Positions 27,291 through 40,502 of a stretch of DNA of 64,000 bases are shown here, in pieces. How positions within the stretch are numbered: position 1 is the stretch's first letter; each line of letters opens with the position of its first letter. Made by a program: the position numbers and the translations under genes. The notes under the pieces are model-generated. The model did no database searches and was not told where the DNA came from. It worked only from the letters and a program-made list of their open reading frames with translations. This DNA is from Thalia democratica (taxonomy: Eukaryota): assembly GCA_965202585.1 (NCBI GenBank), contig OZ241830.1:38006001-38070000 (forward strand), read 5' to 3'.

Positions 27291-27811
27291 TTCTCAAAAC
27301 AAATGATATTTAAAATTTAATTTTTTTGTTAAATTTTCTGATTTGATTAATATAAGTGGTGACATTACATACTATAAATTTTTTTAATTTCAAGAGCAAA
27401 TAATGTTTTGTAATTGCAAATGCACTTACTTTTATTTATTATTATTTTTTGTTTATTAATTTTTTTTTCATTTATTTATTTTTTTTTAAGGCAGAAAAAC
27501 ATCAGAAGAAACTCACTCTCTCCTAATAGTTCACTTTGTTCTTTACTGAAAAAGTAAACTATTTAGAAACACATGAACTTTTTATTTATTATGTAATGAA
27601 AATTAAAAATTAATTCACTATTTATATAAACTGTATAGCTAGCATTATTCTTTTTTTTAAACAGGAAACTTATAAGTATTAGTTTGCAAATCATCCTAGA
27701 TAAAAATCTAATAAAGTCCCAATCTGAAAGCATCCTTTGTTTATCTTAAGAAGGTAAATCGCATCTAAAAAAACTTAAAACACTTTTAATACTGCAAATC
27801 TACAGAAACGT

Positions 27812-28000
27812 AAACACTTGTGCGAAAAAACTTGCTTTTCTTTCGATTACTCAGCTTTTAAGACCTTGTTTCTTTAGCTTCAAGTATTCGTTTATACTTA
27901 GTTTTGCACTCCTGAGAAAAATTTTTATTTTTACGGACTCTTTAGCACTTTTAGTGTCGTAAATATTGAACAAATTGAATACATCTAAATTGTATACAAA
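27812..28000. repeat. Dispersed ~190-bp repeat, copy 1
   Basis: Shares gtgcgaaaaaacttgct..tgcactcctgaga..actctttagca..ttagtgtcgta with 39817-39995. Confidence 0.75.
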
Positions 28001-29051
28001 TAGCTTGGTGTAAAAATCTATTATCAATTAGCAAACTATTGTAAAAAAATCCATTTCGAAGCTGTAGATTTGGTTTAAATAATGTGAGAGAATAAGAAAA
28101 AGTAAGTGTGAGAGAGAATCTTGTACTATTGAAATGTTTGTGGTGAGTCAGAAAGAACTTTACATTTTTTATCTTACAAAAGAGCGAATACAGATAGAAG
28201 ATATATGAAAAGATAAATTTCAGAATAGATGAACCTCAAAGTAAGGTAACATGAAGAATAACTTTTGTTTTAAATCAAATTGACTTTCTGAGTTGAATGT
28301 TTTAAGATTAAATTATGTGGTTGACAAATATACAAAAATAAAAAACTTTTGAAACAGTGATAATAATCTCATTTCCTGAAGTTTTATCAAGAAAATTAGA
28401 ATCTATTAAATCAGAAAACATAACACAATTAGACAAATAGCTTGCAACAAAAGTAAAATTGAAAAACTCAATAATATAAACATTTTTTTTAAGAATAATA
28501 TAAACAAATTTTATTTGTAAATTAAAACTTGTTTTAAAGATTTTATAAATGCTTAGAAAGTTAAAGATTTTATTTTTCAAGATTTATATAAACAATTTTT
28601 AGTTTTTTTATTGTATTTTAAAACTTTATTTTTTAATAAAAACTGGTTTTAAAGATTTTATAAATGCTTACCTTAGTTAAAGTTTTTATTGCAGTTTTTA
28701 GCAAAGTTAAAAGATTTAAAATGTACATTGTGGCCACACACTCAAAGTATTCTGGATAACTCTAGGATATTTAGAGTTTTATTTTTGAACTCAGGCTGAC
28801 TCAGTATAGTTTTTTTTACTATGAAAAACTAAGGACATTTTGGATTTGTTAATAATGTCATAGCAGATGTTTTTCTAGATTTGAATGGGATTTTGCTAGC
28901 TAGTTTTAATAAATTTTAATTTTATAACCAATTTTGTAAAAACAAACATTGATAAATTTTAAAAGTTAGTTTTATTTCAAAAAATAAGAAGAACAATTCA
29001 TAAATAAAATCCTGGAATTGGTGTTGGTCACAGGGTAGAGCTGTTGTTAAT

Positions 29052-31073
29052 GGGTGGGTGTCACTTTTGCACGAGGGGAAGTTTTTGCACGGCAACTCTT
29101 TTGCACGAGCGTCACTTTTGCACGAGGGGACACTTTTGCACGGAGACTCTTTTGCACGAGCGTCACTTTTGCACGAGTGGACACTTTTGCACGACGACAC
29201 TTTTGCACGAGAGGACACTTTTGCACGGCGACTCTTTTGCACGAGCGTCACTTTTGCACGAGTGGACACTTTTGCACGACGACACTTTTGCACGAAGGGA
29301 CACTTTTGCACGGCGACTCTTTTGCACGAAGGGTCACTTTTGCACGAGGTGACACTTTTTCATGGCTTTACTTTTGCACGAGGAGACACTTTTGCACGGC
29401 AACATTTTTTCACGATGACAATTTTTACGGCAGCATTGTGCCACAACGTCACATTTATACGATGAAATTTTTGCACAGCGACATTTTGGCACGATGACTT
29501 TTTCGCACGGAAAATCAATTTTGCATGCAGGCCGATTAAAAGTTTTTTAGCTACTACCAAGTCTGTAACATAAAAAGAAACTGAAAACTAAAATTTTATA
29601 ACATACTTTTATTAAAAGCAAAAAATGAAAGATCTAAAATCTTAAACAGTAAAACTTAATGTTAGAAACAAACTAACGAAACTATAAAATAAAATTATTT
29701 GTAAAAGATTCATACTAGGGACAAAAAAGTTAATTTATTTAGAAACTAGGATAAAAAATACTTTAAGTGTATTTAAGTTGTTCTAATTTATTTTGAATTT
29801 TAATATATTAGTCAACAACTATGCCTTTTTATATATTTTACTATACTGTTACAAGCTTATTGTTCATATGATGAACCTAGGCATCGAAACCTAGACCACT
29901 TAAACTTGAAGACACATAAAGAAAAAATAAAATAACACATACAGTTTATCTATTAAAACAAAGATAAAAACATAATTTGATATAAAATTTATAGGTTAAC
30001 ATAAAAAGCAAAATTTTAAGCACAAACTTATATTTATTTACGCTTTGATATAGAAGGATCAACATCAAGTACTTAAATGCATTGACTAACAACAGAAATA
30101 AAAACCTAACGCTCCAAGGACATTAACGTTAGGCTCTCATTGGCTTATTTCATGATCATGGAATGCTGGTGTAAGCATCTATTGATACTTTTGACGACAA
30201 TAAGTTCAAACTTCCAAATGTTACTCTCTCATTGGCTTATCATGATTATGCAACATTATTGTAATGAAATAGTCTAAGTTTAAATCATGAAAAATGGGCT
30301 ATTTTATGGCTTTTTTTATTCTCACGCTAAATTAAAAAATAAAAATAAACATCAGGTAAAATCTGAAATACCTTTACACTTAATAAACTAACTAATCTTT
30401 TTTTAATTTAACAATTGTTTGAAATAAAAATAAATTTAAAATATTTTTTTAACAGCTATACAATGCTAATAATAACTTCAAGAGAAAATAAGTAAAAATA
30501 AAACTCTAAACTCTTGTTTTAAAGCCTTACTAAATTAAGTTTACCTTTCTGTTTAAAAAGTAACAAAATTCATACTATTTTAATTTAATGTATTTAGATT
30601 AATTTTATTTAAAATTAAAAATATGTATTCAACTAGTTTATTTAGATGAAGCTAATAAATATAATTTAATGAATTGTGGTACGTTATTATATTGTTCTTT
30701 GTAAAAGTTCAAATAAAAACTTTACATTAAAATTTTATCAAAAAACTTCCAAATTTTAAATTTAGTTTAAAAGCGAACATTATTTAAACTTAAAAAAAAA
30801 AATAATTTAAAATAAAATGTCGCCGTGCAAAAGTGTCTCCTCGTGCAAAAGTATCACCTCGTGCAAAAGTGTCCCCTCATGTAAAAGAATCGCCGTGCAA
30901 AAACTTCCCCTCGTGCAAAAGTGATCCTTCGTGCAAAAGTGTCCCCTCGTGCTAAAGTGACGCTGCGTGCAAAAGAGTCCCTTCGTGCTAAAGTGATGCT
31001 CATGCAAAAGAGTCGCCTTGCAAAAGTGTCCCCTCGTGCAAAAGTGACGCTCGTGCAAAGGTGACTCGTTCCC
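29052..31073. mobile_element. Foldback/Mutator-like element, 2022 bp, with long modular inverted arms
   Basis: Left arm 29052-~29530 is tandem ttttgcacg-cored units of 16-18 bp. Right arm ~30817-31073 is the reverse complement. GGG..CCC termini. Perfect 9-bp TSD gttgttaat (29043-29051 and 31074-31082). About 1.3 kb AT-rich loop with no transposase. Confidence 0.9.
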
Positions 31074-31547
31074 GTTGTTAATACCTATTTTACTTGTATT
31101 GTTATATTATTTGTTTACAATGAGTTTGTTTTCTATGCATATTGTTTTATTATATGAAGATTTTTTCAGAGTTTTTGGTTTTATTCCTAACTTTCAAAGG
31201 TTTTTCATTATCTCTGTTTTTTCATCTTTATATTAACAATTTTCAAGTAGTTTACAAAATTACAGAATATTAGTTGGTACATTTGTATTTTCTAGTTAGC
31301 TTTACATTTTGAAAATTGTTTTTGAGTTTTATTTGTATTACTACTGTAAACTTGGTACACTATGTGTGGATTTTAACAAATTTAGTTGTTTCACAGATTT
31401 TTAAAACTAAGTTTAAAAGTTAAGTTTTCTAAGGTTAAAATTATAATAATATCATTTGAAAGTAAAACCACCCACTTGATATCATTAACACTCAAAGCTA
31501 TTAACAAAGTCAATCAATCTGAAGTTCAGTTTGTTACAATGAGTCCA

Positions 31548-31625
31548 GGGGAACCGTTCAGTTCCAACCCGCGCACAATTCCCACCCGATAAGTTCCCAC
31601 CCGAATCAAATCCCACCCGAATCAG
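31548..31625 (+). repeat. Solo terminus-like repeat: GGGGAACCGTTCA followed by tcccacccga units
   Basis: Four units (ttccaacccg, ttcccacccga twice, atcccacccga) about 15-17 bp apart. The start resembles the gggaacg(a/g)gtca Foldback terminus. No partner end found. Confidence 0.5.
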
Positions 31626-31761
31626 AATCGAAGTTATTAAGATATAATTTTGAAAAACTTATTTAAATATCTATAAAAATATACAAATACAACAATACTT
31701 TTGTTAAAATTTTATTTAAAAGGACAACTTAAAAAATAGGAGGTTAAATATTATACTTTCT

Positions 31762-33014
31762 TTAATCTAACAACGTCAGTAATGAACTACTTGAATCATA
31801 TCCCAGTCGTTTCAGCGCTCTCTTAAACAATGCGTAGTACTCTTCGTAATCAGGTTTCTCACTGAAATGCAGTCTTCTCACTTCTTTCAGAAAAATTTCC
31901 AGTTCTCTGAACGTGCCTCGACAAACTTCTTCAACGGGTCCTCTTTTGCTATCAGCGACTTTTCTTATGAGTCTCGAATCAAGCTCACCCTTGTCATAAC
32001 TGGCAATGATCTCCTCCCAGGGCAGCTGGCCAGTACGGAGCTTTATGAGGACGTATGCGAGCGACTCAAGATCGTCTCTTCTGCTCGTAGTGTAACCTGT
32101 AAATAATTACGTTAATTTTAGGATGTTAAAAAATCATTACATTCAGTGTGTTTTATGGAACACTTTCTTATTAAACGTTTTGTGTTAAACCACTTCTCAA
32201 AACTCAATTAAAAACTTTGTTATAAAAGAAAAACAATTTTTCGAACCGAGTATGTTGTCAGCAGAGCTGTACCTCCTTGTGCCCAGGATTCCCCTGTGGC
32301 GCTGCCTGGTCACGTGACAACCGTCCCTTTTGTAGGCCGTGGCCATGCCGAAGTCGATGAGGTACAAGGTGTCGGGGTGGTCCGAACCCAGCATCAGGTT
32401 GTCGGGTTTAAGGTCGTTGTGGAGGATGCGGCAGCTGTGGATGAACTTCAACCTTCTTATTACCTGCATGCCCACCATCAATGTTGCTGCCACTGAAAAG
32501 TTTCGTCTTCTGTGGTAAGACGAGAGGTCCTTTCCGAGTCTCTCCATTATGAAGCTGTACGATCCGTCGTGATAAAAACTGCAAGCGATGATATAAATAG
32601 TTAAGATTGGGAAAATAGGACATTTTAAGTTAATGTGCTTTTTATGGACTTGGGTCATTCGTTAAAAGTATTCAACATTCCTTTAAATGCATTTAAATTA
32701 ACTGTTTATAACACAGATAATAACAAAATTAAAAATTAATTCACTTAGCTCACAACAAGTTTGAGAAAAACCTAAGCAAAAATATAATTTTACCTGGGTC
32801 CGACCTTCGGAATGCCTATTGCGTCAGATTGGTAATTGAAATGTGTCAGATATTTGTACTCGCGCTTAATGTTTCCATCATCTTTTTGGTGTAAAGTTTT
32901 CATCACGCAGTCTTCCCTATCGTATTCTGCATCGTACACACATCCTTGACCCCCAGTTCCAATCTTGTTGTATAAGATTAACTTTCTTTCGTCAAATTTC
33001 ATTTTTGCTTTCAT
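31762..33014 (-). CDS. 3-exon casein kinase 1-group Ser/Thr kinase, 295 aa
   Basis: Exons 33014-32794, 32578-32247, 32096-31762 (888 nt, TAA stop). Motifs IGTGGQG, VMK, REY, HNDLKPDN, LIDFG, GTRRYSS, SRRDDLESLAYVL, LPW, EKPDYEEY. The start could instead be the ATG at 33002. Confidence 0.9.
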
Positions 33015-34408
33015 ACTTATTAGTGTTTTATTTCTATCTGTATAAAAATATCGTTGTTTGAATTACAAAAAAAAGTGCTCAAAACATTTGTTCAAAAGAC
33101 TCAGTGCACGAAAAAACCTTTTGTTATCGCGTCGCGCACTACTCGGATACCTTTTAACGTCTTGTCCAGTATTAAGCTTCAAGTAACAGAATATTTAAAG
33201 AAATTTAGTTCCTAAGAGAATTCATAAGTTTACAAAAAAAAAAAACTTTTAACCATATTGATTACATTTGCCATAGTTAAACTTAACTTAGCTTTAATCT
33301 TTCATGTGATTTTACTTTTAAATTACCGCGTGCTTACCCTTGCCAAATTAAGCCCAATAAACAAACAATAACTATTGAAGCAAAAGATTTAAAATAATTT
33401 ATTTATAAAGACTTGTTTTAAAATCTTATAACATACAAATCCTTTAGAATGACAAAATACTAACCGAATTATTATAAAAAACTAATTTTATAATTTTGCA
33501 CGGTGATGATTATTAGCGTTTTAGTTTAGTAAAGTCGTCACTATTTCTAGCTTCTAGGTAGCTAGATTACAGGCGCCTGCCAAAGCGCCTAGCAAATTGT
33601 TTAAACAAATGCTACTTTTTTTTGTTAATGAGATCTGTTTTGTTGTTTATTTGTGTTTTTTACAGCCACTTCCATTTCTATGACATAACTTGCACTTTAA
33701 CACTTTAATTTATTTTTAACTCGTTTTAGTTTTTTTTAACATTTTTTACTCAAAGCCGTTATAATAAACTAAGTTCCATTAAATTTAGCTGTTTATAAGT
33801 TTGTAATTTTTTAAGTCTTCATTTATCAAGTCTAGACACTTGTATATCTAACTTTGAGAAAAAAACCTTTACAACCGCTAGATTTACACTACCCACAAGT
33901 TTTGGTAGGTGTGATATAAATGTTTTTATAAAACTAATATTAAAACGTCTTGTTATTAAATAAAAGAAAAACTAAATGATACTTATAGAACTGTTAAGTT
34001 TATAAAAAAGTAGTATTTTTGTAAATCCTTTAACTGAACAAATAAAACATCTTAATTTTTTCTTTATCGTTAAGTTTAAATCGTTATAAATCTTACCTAA
34101 CTAACCAAGTAATACAAATTTGTATAAGTTAAGTTAATTAAAAAGAAGTTATTTGAAAGTTATGGAACATAAGGTATCTCATTAGTATTGTAGTTAAAAT
34201 AAAAATAATAAAGTATAAAATAGTTTGTTTTAAACTTAAGATTTTTTGTTTGTACAAGAAAATGCACCAGGTTACAATTTTATATTTTACTTTGTTTCTA
34301 CTATGCTATTTAGCACATGCAGTACTTAAAATTAAAAATTAAACTTTTACTTGTTATTAGCTACAAATCGAAATGCTTATTGCTCACCTTATAAACATCA
34401 GTCTAAAT

Positions 34409-34647
34409 GAGGGTTTCCCAAAAATTTTTTTTTCAAATAGCCCCCTTTAAAAAAATTAAAAAAATTATAAGCCCTTGTACCAAGATTACTTAAAAACTAC
34501 CATAAATACAACAAAGACTTTTTTTTGTTCTTCATCAACAACTCCAGAATATCTAGTGTAAGTTTAAAACTATGACTTCACGGCCCCTCTGTAGCCCCTT
34601 TGCTGCTCGTGGCCCCCTGAAAATCTGGCCCACTTTGGGAAACCCTG
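34409..34647 (-). mobile_element. hAT-like MITE (CAGGGTTT family), 239 bp
   Basis: Termini gagggtttccc/gggaaaccctg. 8-bp TSD gtctaaat/gtgtaaat (7 of 8). Interior is the reverse complement of the 24370 family. Confidence 0.8.
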
Positions 34648-35567
34648 GTGTAAATAAAAATGTACGTTTTACACAAAAATATACCTTAAAAGTGCGTGCT
34701 CAACAACAGGTCTGTTTGTCTCATTATTTTTTACAGTGTTAACTAAACACTAGTAAACAATCTAAATGAATAGTTTAAATTTATCATGAAAAATGACAAA
34801 ACATTGTATACAAACAAATTTTCAAAATTTTTACATAAAAAAATACAAATAAGTAAAAGTGCAAGTGAATACTTAAGTTCAATTTTCTCTTTTTAATAGT
34901 AATATAAAGTGAGTTATTTTTTCTTTATTGTTGAAATTTATCTTGTCAAAAATTGCTTTAATTTCGTTAAGGTTTTAAAAGTTTATCAAAATCTAAAGCA
35001 TAGTTGCCAATTTTCTATCAGAAAGTAATCTTCAGTTAATCAAACCTGTACATTTTAGTTTAAAATTAATAAAAGTTTAAAAAAAATTCTCAACTCTATA
35101 TTTTTGAGTTCTTGCAAAAATTATCTAAAATTGTATGCTAAAAAAAGTAAATTTAATGTTTTTAATTATGCCACTCGTTTGTTGTGAAACTTGTAAAATA
35201 TAATTTTTGTTAATGAAAGTTAGAGAAGGTTTTTCTGAAATATTTGTCTGATATTCAAATTTCAGAAACTGCACATGTGTTATTTAAAAGTCATTTTAGT
35301 TTATTATCTAAATAAAGTTTCTAACATCTCATATATTGTAGTTAAAAGCATGGACTTAAAAATAATTTTTTTTTTTTGTAGAAACAATTTATAACACTTA
35401 CTTTAAAATCCAGCTTACCAGAAAACTTAAAGTTAATACTTAGCTTTTCAAGAAGAAATATGATATGCAATTTTGTACGCACGTGCAAGTTTGACAGCTA
35501 CCCGTTAAAAGTAGCTATGTTGAGTTTTTGAAAATTCATTATTCAAAAAGTTTTTAAGAAGTGATTA

Positions 35568-36327
35568 CAGTAACCTCTCGCTTATTTACGCACATTGTGT
35601 CCACAGAAAAAGTGCGTAAAGATATGAGAGATCGTAAAGAAACGAGAGGTACCAAATATACTCACTATAATGGCTGTTTTTTAATAATGCTTTCAGTTAA
35701 AAAAGAATGTGCACTTTCCCTTATTTAACTATTTGTTTACTTTATTTATAAATATTAAAACAACAGATAAAACTATACATATATTAAAAAAAAAGGATTT
35801 GAATTTCTATAAAATAATAATACGAGTAGAAATAATTTTACTATTTTAATATTAAGTATTCTATATGTGACATTTATATTCTATTCTACTTAGCAAATTC
35901 AATTTATAATTAAGCATTCTTTACAATTATAAAATGGTGTTTATTAATATATAGGGCAAGACTTATATAATATTTCTTTGTGTTTTAAACTCTCATTATT
36001 TCATTATACTTTCATTATTAAACACAGTCATGTTTATTTCAGAATTTTGATTTAATCTCTTATTGTTAACAAAATTTCTGATATACTGAGGTATAACTAA
36101 ATGTTTATCAATTAGTCAAGGAACATAAATTAACAAAGTCTAAAGATATAGAGAGGTGTGTTAGCATTCAAAAACATATTTTAATTTAAAAATATACATT
36201 AAATCTAATTTGTGCAATATTAAAAAAAAATAACATTTTTATTTTCTGAATTTTATAGAATTCTGAAATGCGTAACTAAACGAGAGTGCGTAATGTCACG
36301 AGTGCGTAAAGATCCGAGAGGTTACTG
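35568..36327 (+). mobile_element. pogo/Tigger-like MITE, copy 2, 760 bp
   Basis: Same TIRs and TA TSD as 25569-26342, with scattered substitutions and small indels. Confidence 0.9.
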
Positions 36328-39300
36328 TAATCAAATTTTAAATAAGTAATTAATAAATGTTTTTAACTCTAAAATAAAATTTTTGTAACAAAACAAAAAA
36401 AAACATAGTAAAAGTTAATATATTGTAGTATTGAAAATTTATTTAAAAACTTATTGATTCTCAACAGTTAAAAGCAAATTTGACTAGAAAATATAGAAAA
36501 TTTGTTTAAATATAAATTTCCTCAAAATAATTTATTATTTAAAAAAAGATTATGTGTAAACAAAAAGTTTATTAATTTTCATTTCTGTGGCCAAATGTTT
36601 ACCATAAAAACTAATAAAAAATTACATAAAAAAAATTATTAAAAAGTTTAGAACACTTATGCACAGTAGAGATCAAATTTTAGAATAAAAATAAATAAAA
36701 TAGTATTAGGGTTTTAATTAAAATACTGTTCCTGCTCAGACTAATTTTTAAAATGGTTAATAAAAACAACTAAATAAAAAAAATTACTTATACTCTAGCT
36801 ACTACAACAACTTTTGAGTAAAATATAAAAAAATACTTTACCCACTTGAAACTAAGCTGAAATTGTTTTTTAATTGACCATTGTTCATTACGCAAAATCT
36901 TTAAATTTGATTATTTTGTCTTTTAGATATTAATTACTAAATTATTTCATTAAATAAAAACTAAAACTATATTGAACCTTACAAAATTATTTATAAGTAC
37001 TTTATTGCTTTTTTTAAGAATTTAAATATAATAACTTTTTATTTATAGTCAATATTTTATTCAATAGATAAAAACAAACTAAACAATGCATATAATTTTT
37101 ATAACATACTGAAATAGCTCTTATTCCTTCAAATTTCAATACATTTGAAAAAAGTTTTAACAGTAGTTAGGAAATTCATACAAGTTACTTAATAGTATTT
37201 AAACATTAACTAAAAATTGAATATTTTATTAGTATTATTTGCTTTCCAAACTTTCCAAATTTCTCTGCTTTTTACTTTAAAAATTATTAAAAATGACTAA
37301 GATTAGAACTATTTATCCTGTTAAAATGGAATAAAAAACTTTTCATCACTTTACAAATTAAGTTTTTTGATGCCACTATTACAACAAACATGCTACCAGT
37401 CATTTTTTAATCTCACTACTCCTAAAATTTCAGTATTACTGAAAGAACTTCATTTTGACTGCAAAAAATATTTATTAGACTAAACCTAGATAAAAAACAT
37501 ATCTATAAAAAAGGGGAGATTTCATTCATTTTTTTTGACTTAAACATTTCAAAGCACAATAACTTTTTTGTTCATTGTTTTTAGGTATATTTTTTTACAA
37601 AATTTTATAGCTTAGTGATACAGCTAAAATAAATCATGTATTACTTCAAGTTTAGTTTTATTGGGTTTGTGCTAGAGCCCATTGCAAAAAGAGCATTTTG
37701 GCTTTTTTTTAGTCCTTTGAACTAGTCTTTATATGTATTCTTCAGTGAATTAACTTAATTGGTCACAGTATCTTTGTACAAACTAAATATTTTTTGTGAT
37801 ATAGGCCATTTTTGGGTTTTTCAGTTTTGGTCTTTAGTTATGGCTTTCTTGCTTAGTCAAAAATAAAAGTTTAAAAAAAAATCTAAATGCATTGACTAAT
37901 AAAGATTTGCATAATAAAAATTATTTTTAAAAATCTTTTTTCAAAAATATGCTGCGAGTACTTAAAGACTTTTGTAGACACTTTTGTGGTTATTTAGTTC
38001 TAGTAACATATAAATAAAACTGAAGACTTCTTTGATTTAATAATTTTTAACAAAAACATCTTTATTAGCCAGTGAATTTAAGTTTTCTTAACACACTAAT
38101 CAAAGTTAAGAAATTTAAATTTTCTTGAACCTAAAGTAAATTGCTTTTAAAGACATATTTATATTAAAGCTTTTTACTTATAAACATACTTTTTAAAACT
38201 ATTATAGCTCACAGTTAAGTTTTTTTTTTTGTAATAAAAACTATCACAGCTAATGTATAACATCTTTCAATTAAGGATTATTAGATCTCGTTCGAACAAA
38301 ACATTAATGCTTAACTATGTTTTAATCTATTTCAATGTTGTGCTGTGTTTTATTTTAACTTTTTTGGATCTAAGCAGTTATTTTTATCGAACCGTCAATA
38401 AATTTGAAATAATACTTGTGTTACAATATGAGTTGAGTTCCCAGCATAGTTTTAAGGAGAAAATGCATCATTTTTATTTAAACTTAATTTTATCTAAAAA
38501 CAAGAATTCACTCATTCAGAAACTTAATTTATATTTTTATTTATATTCCAATTTTTTTTAGAAATTAAAAAAAAAAAAATTGTTGATTAAGTTTAAAAAA
38601 AGACATTATTTACTAATTTTCTGCAATTAATTTTCAAAAATTTGGCATATTGATGTTTAAAAAAAAATTAAATAATAAGCCAGCGTATATGAAAGATATC
38701 TTTTTTTTTTTGATTTCTTATTGAATTTGACAATATCTTAAAATTTTTATGATAAATGTTCAATATTTTAATAAGTTAGTGAAATCTTAAGCTTTTAAAA
38801 TCTGTTGTAAAATGTTAATTAAAAGTTAGAACTAATCTAGAAAAAAGAAATTAAGAATTTGATTTTGTTACTTTTTGTTTATAATATCAGATATTTTTTA
38901 ATCAATTAAATTTATACCTTAATATACTTAATAAAAGATACTACGGAGTGCGGAGGCAAATACTTAGTCAGGCGCACGACTTAAACTTTAACTAATATTA
39001 TTTTTATTATAAAAATATAAATGATGAAGTTCAAACTTATAATTAAAAATATCGATAACCGAAAGGTTCTTCGTGCACCAAGCCGGACAAAATATCTTGA
39101 GCGTCTTTTTTTTGTTCAAAATACTATAATTAAAAAAATATCTTAGATAAATGTTATACAAAACAAACGTTATGGTACTTCATTTAAACTAAAAAACTTT
39201 ATTTAAAGTAATGTCTTGCAATAACCTTGAATTTTTCGATTATTGATAATGATTTTATCATACACAATACACACATAATATACTGTCTTTGGCTTCCCTG

Positions 39301-39816
39301 TAATTACAGTAGGCAAGTAATAATACCATTGATAACAAACAAAAAGAAATATCTAGAAAACGAATCTAAGGTTTTAGTTGTAAATCGAACTTTATAAGTA
39401 TTGTATATGAAAATTGGTAAAATAACAAAAATGTATCATTTAGTCCGAATAGAAACCTGACATGCACTCAGTTAAAACACAAGATTATGGTTCACAGTTA
39501 ATTACTTTACACCAGGGACGTAGCTTGGTATGTTTCTGTAAATCTGCAGAAACGTATACTTATGTGTGGCGCACGACTATTCAAATTCCCACAAACGGCC
39601 CTTGTATATTTGTCAAAAATATAGTTATTTTTAGTAATTATTAAATATCTTAGATTTTAAAATGTTTTAAATTTTTCAAAAAAGATAAAAGTAGCTTAAA
39701 AAGATAGATAACAAATCTACATATGCATTTTTATTTTTATAAAATTTATATTAGTTTTTAGATAGAGTCTTTAAAATATTTTTTTAAGAATTTGAGTTGT
39801 CCGAATTGTCATGTAA

Positions 39817-39995
39817 CCACTTATGTGCGAAAAAACTTGCTTATACTTCAGCTTGAAAAGACTATGCTTTCTTAGCTTTTAGTAAACATTTATACTTAAT
39901 ATGCACTCCTGAGAGATAATTTTGACATATGTGTACTCTTTAGCATTTTTAGTGTCGTAGAAATTAAACGAATTAAATACAGTCAAATTGTAACA
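39817..39995. repeat. Dispersed ~190-bp repeat, copy 2
   Basis: Homologous to 27812-28000 in the same orientation. Confidence 0.75.
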
Positions 39996-40502
39996 TTTAG
40001 CGCGTTAAAGCTTTAATTTGTCAAAAAGCTGCATTGCAAAATTGATTCTAATGAAAGGTGTAGCTTCAAAAATTAAAATCATACAATTTTATGTTACAAA
40101 AGTTTGCATAACTTGTTGTTACTATTGACTACGTTAAATGTTTGATTTTGAAAACAATCTAAATGTTTTTGACAACTGGCAACACATGAAGAGTAATAGG
40201 GGGTGTAGAACAATATAAATTGCCTTGTATACAGTTATCACTCGTACTTCAACATTCCATTTTTGATGCATTAACATAGCTGCATATTTTCAGATTAAAT
40301 TCAATAACATTATGATAGTTTAAATTGCTGTGTTCCTGCTAGGATGTTATCACGCGTCATTTCAGATGTTTTAATTCTTTTAGAATGTAACTTTGAATTA
40401 TTTACTTGTTTTGTTTAACTCATAAGTAGCTGCAATAAATGTTTAAGTGTGTACTGCTTCTCTTGTTATTTTCTTACACTGTTATTTTTATGTATTTATA
40501 CG

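Noticed and set aside
29052-29530. CRISPR-like array (constant repeat plus variable spacer)
   Set aside because: The repeat core is 9-10 bp, the spacers are 6-9 bp and recur cyclically, the array is mirrored in an inverted arm with a TSD, and there are no cas genes in a eukaryotic context.
28922-31058. Seven overlapping ORFs (HFCTRG, TFARG, AKV repeats) at 28922-29560 and 30807-31058
   Set aside because: They are translations of the stop-free transposon arm repeats, open in several frames on both strands, with no splice or start context.
40130-40400. Tc1/IS630 DDE remnant on the minus strand
   Set aside because: Only a vague YTPYYS resemblance to PPYSP, with many stops, and its order relative to the putative HTH fragment is reversed.
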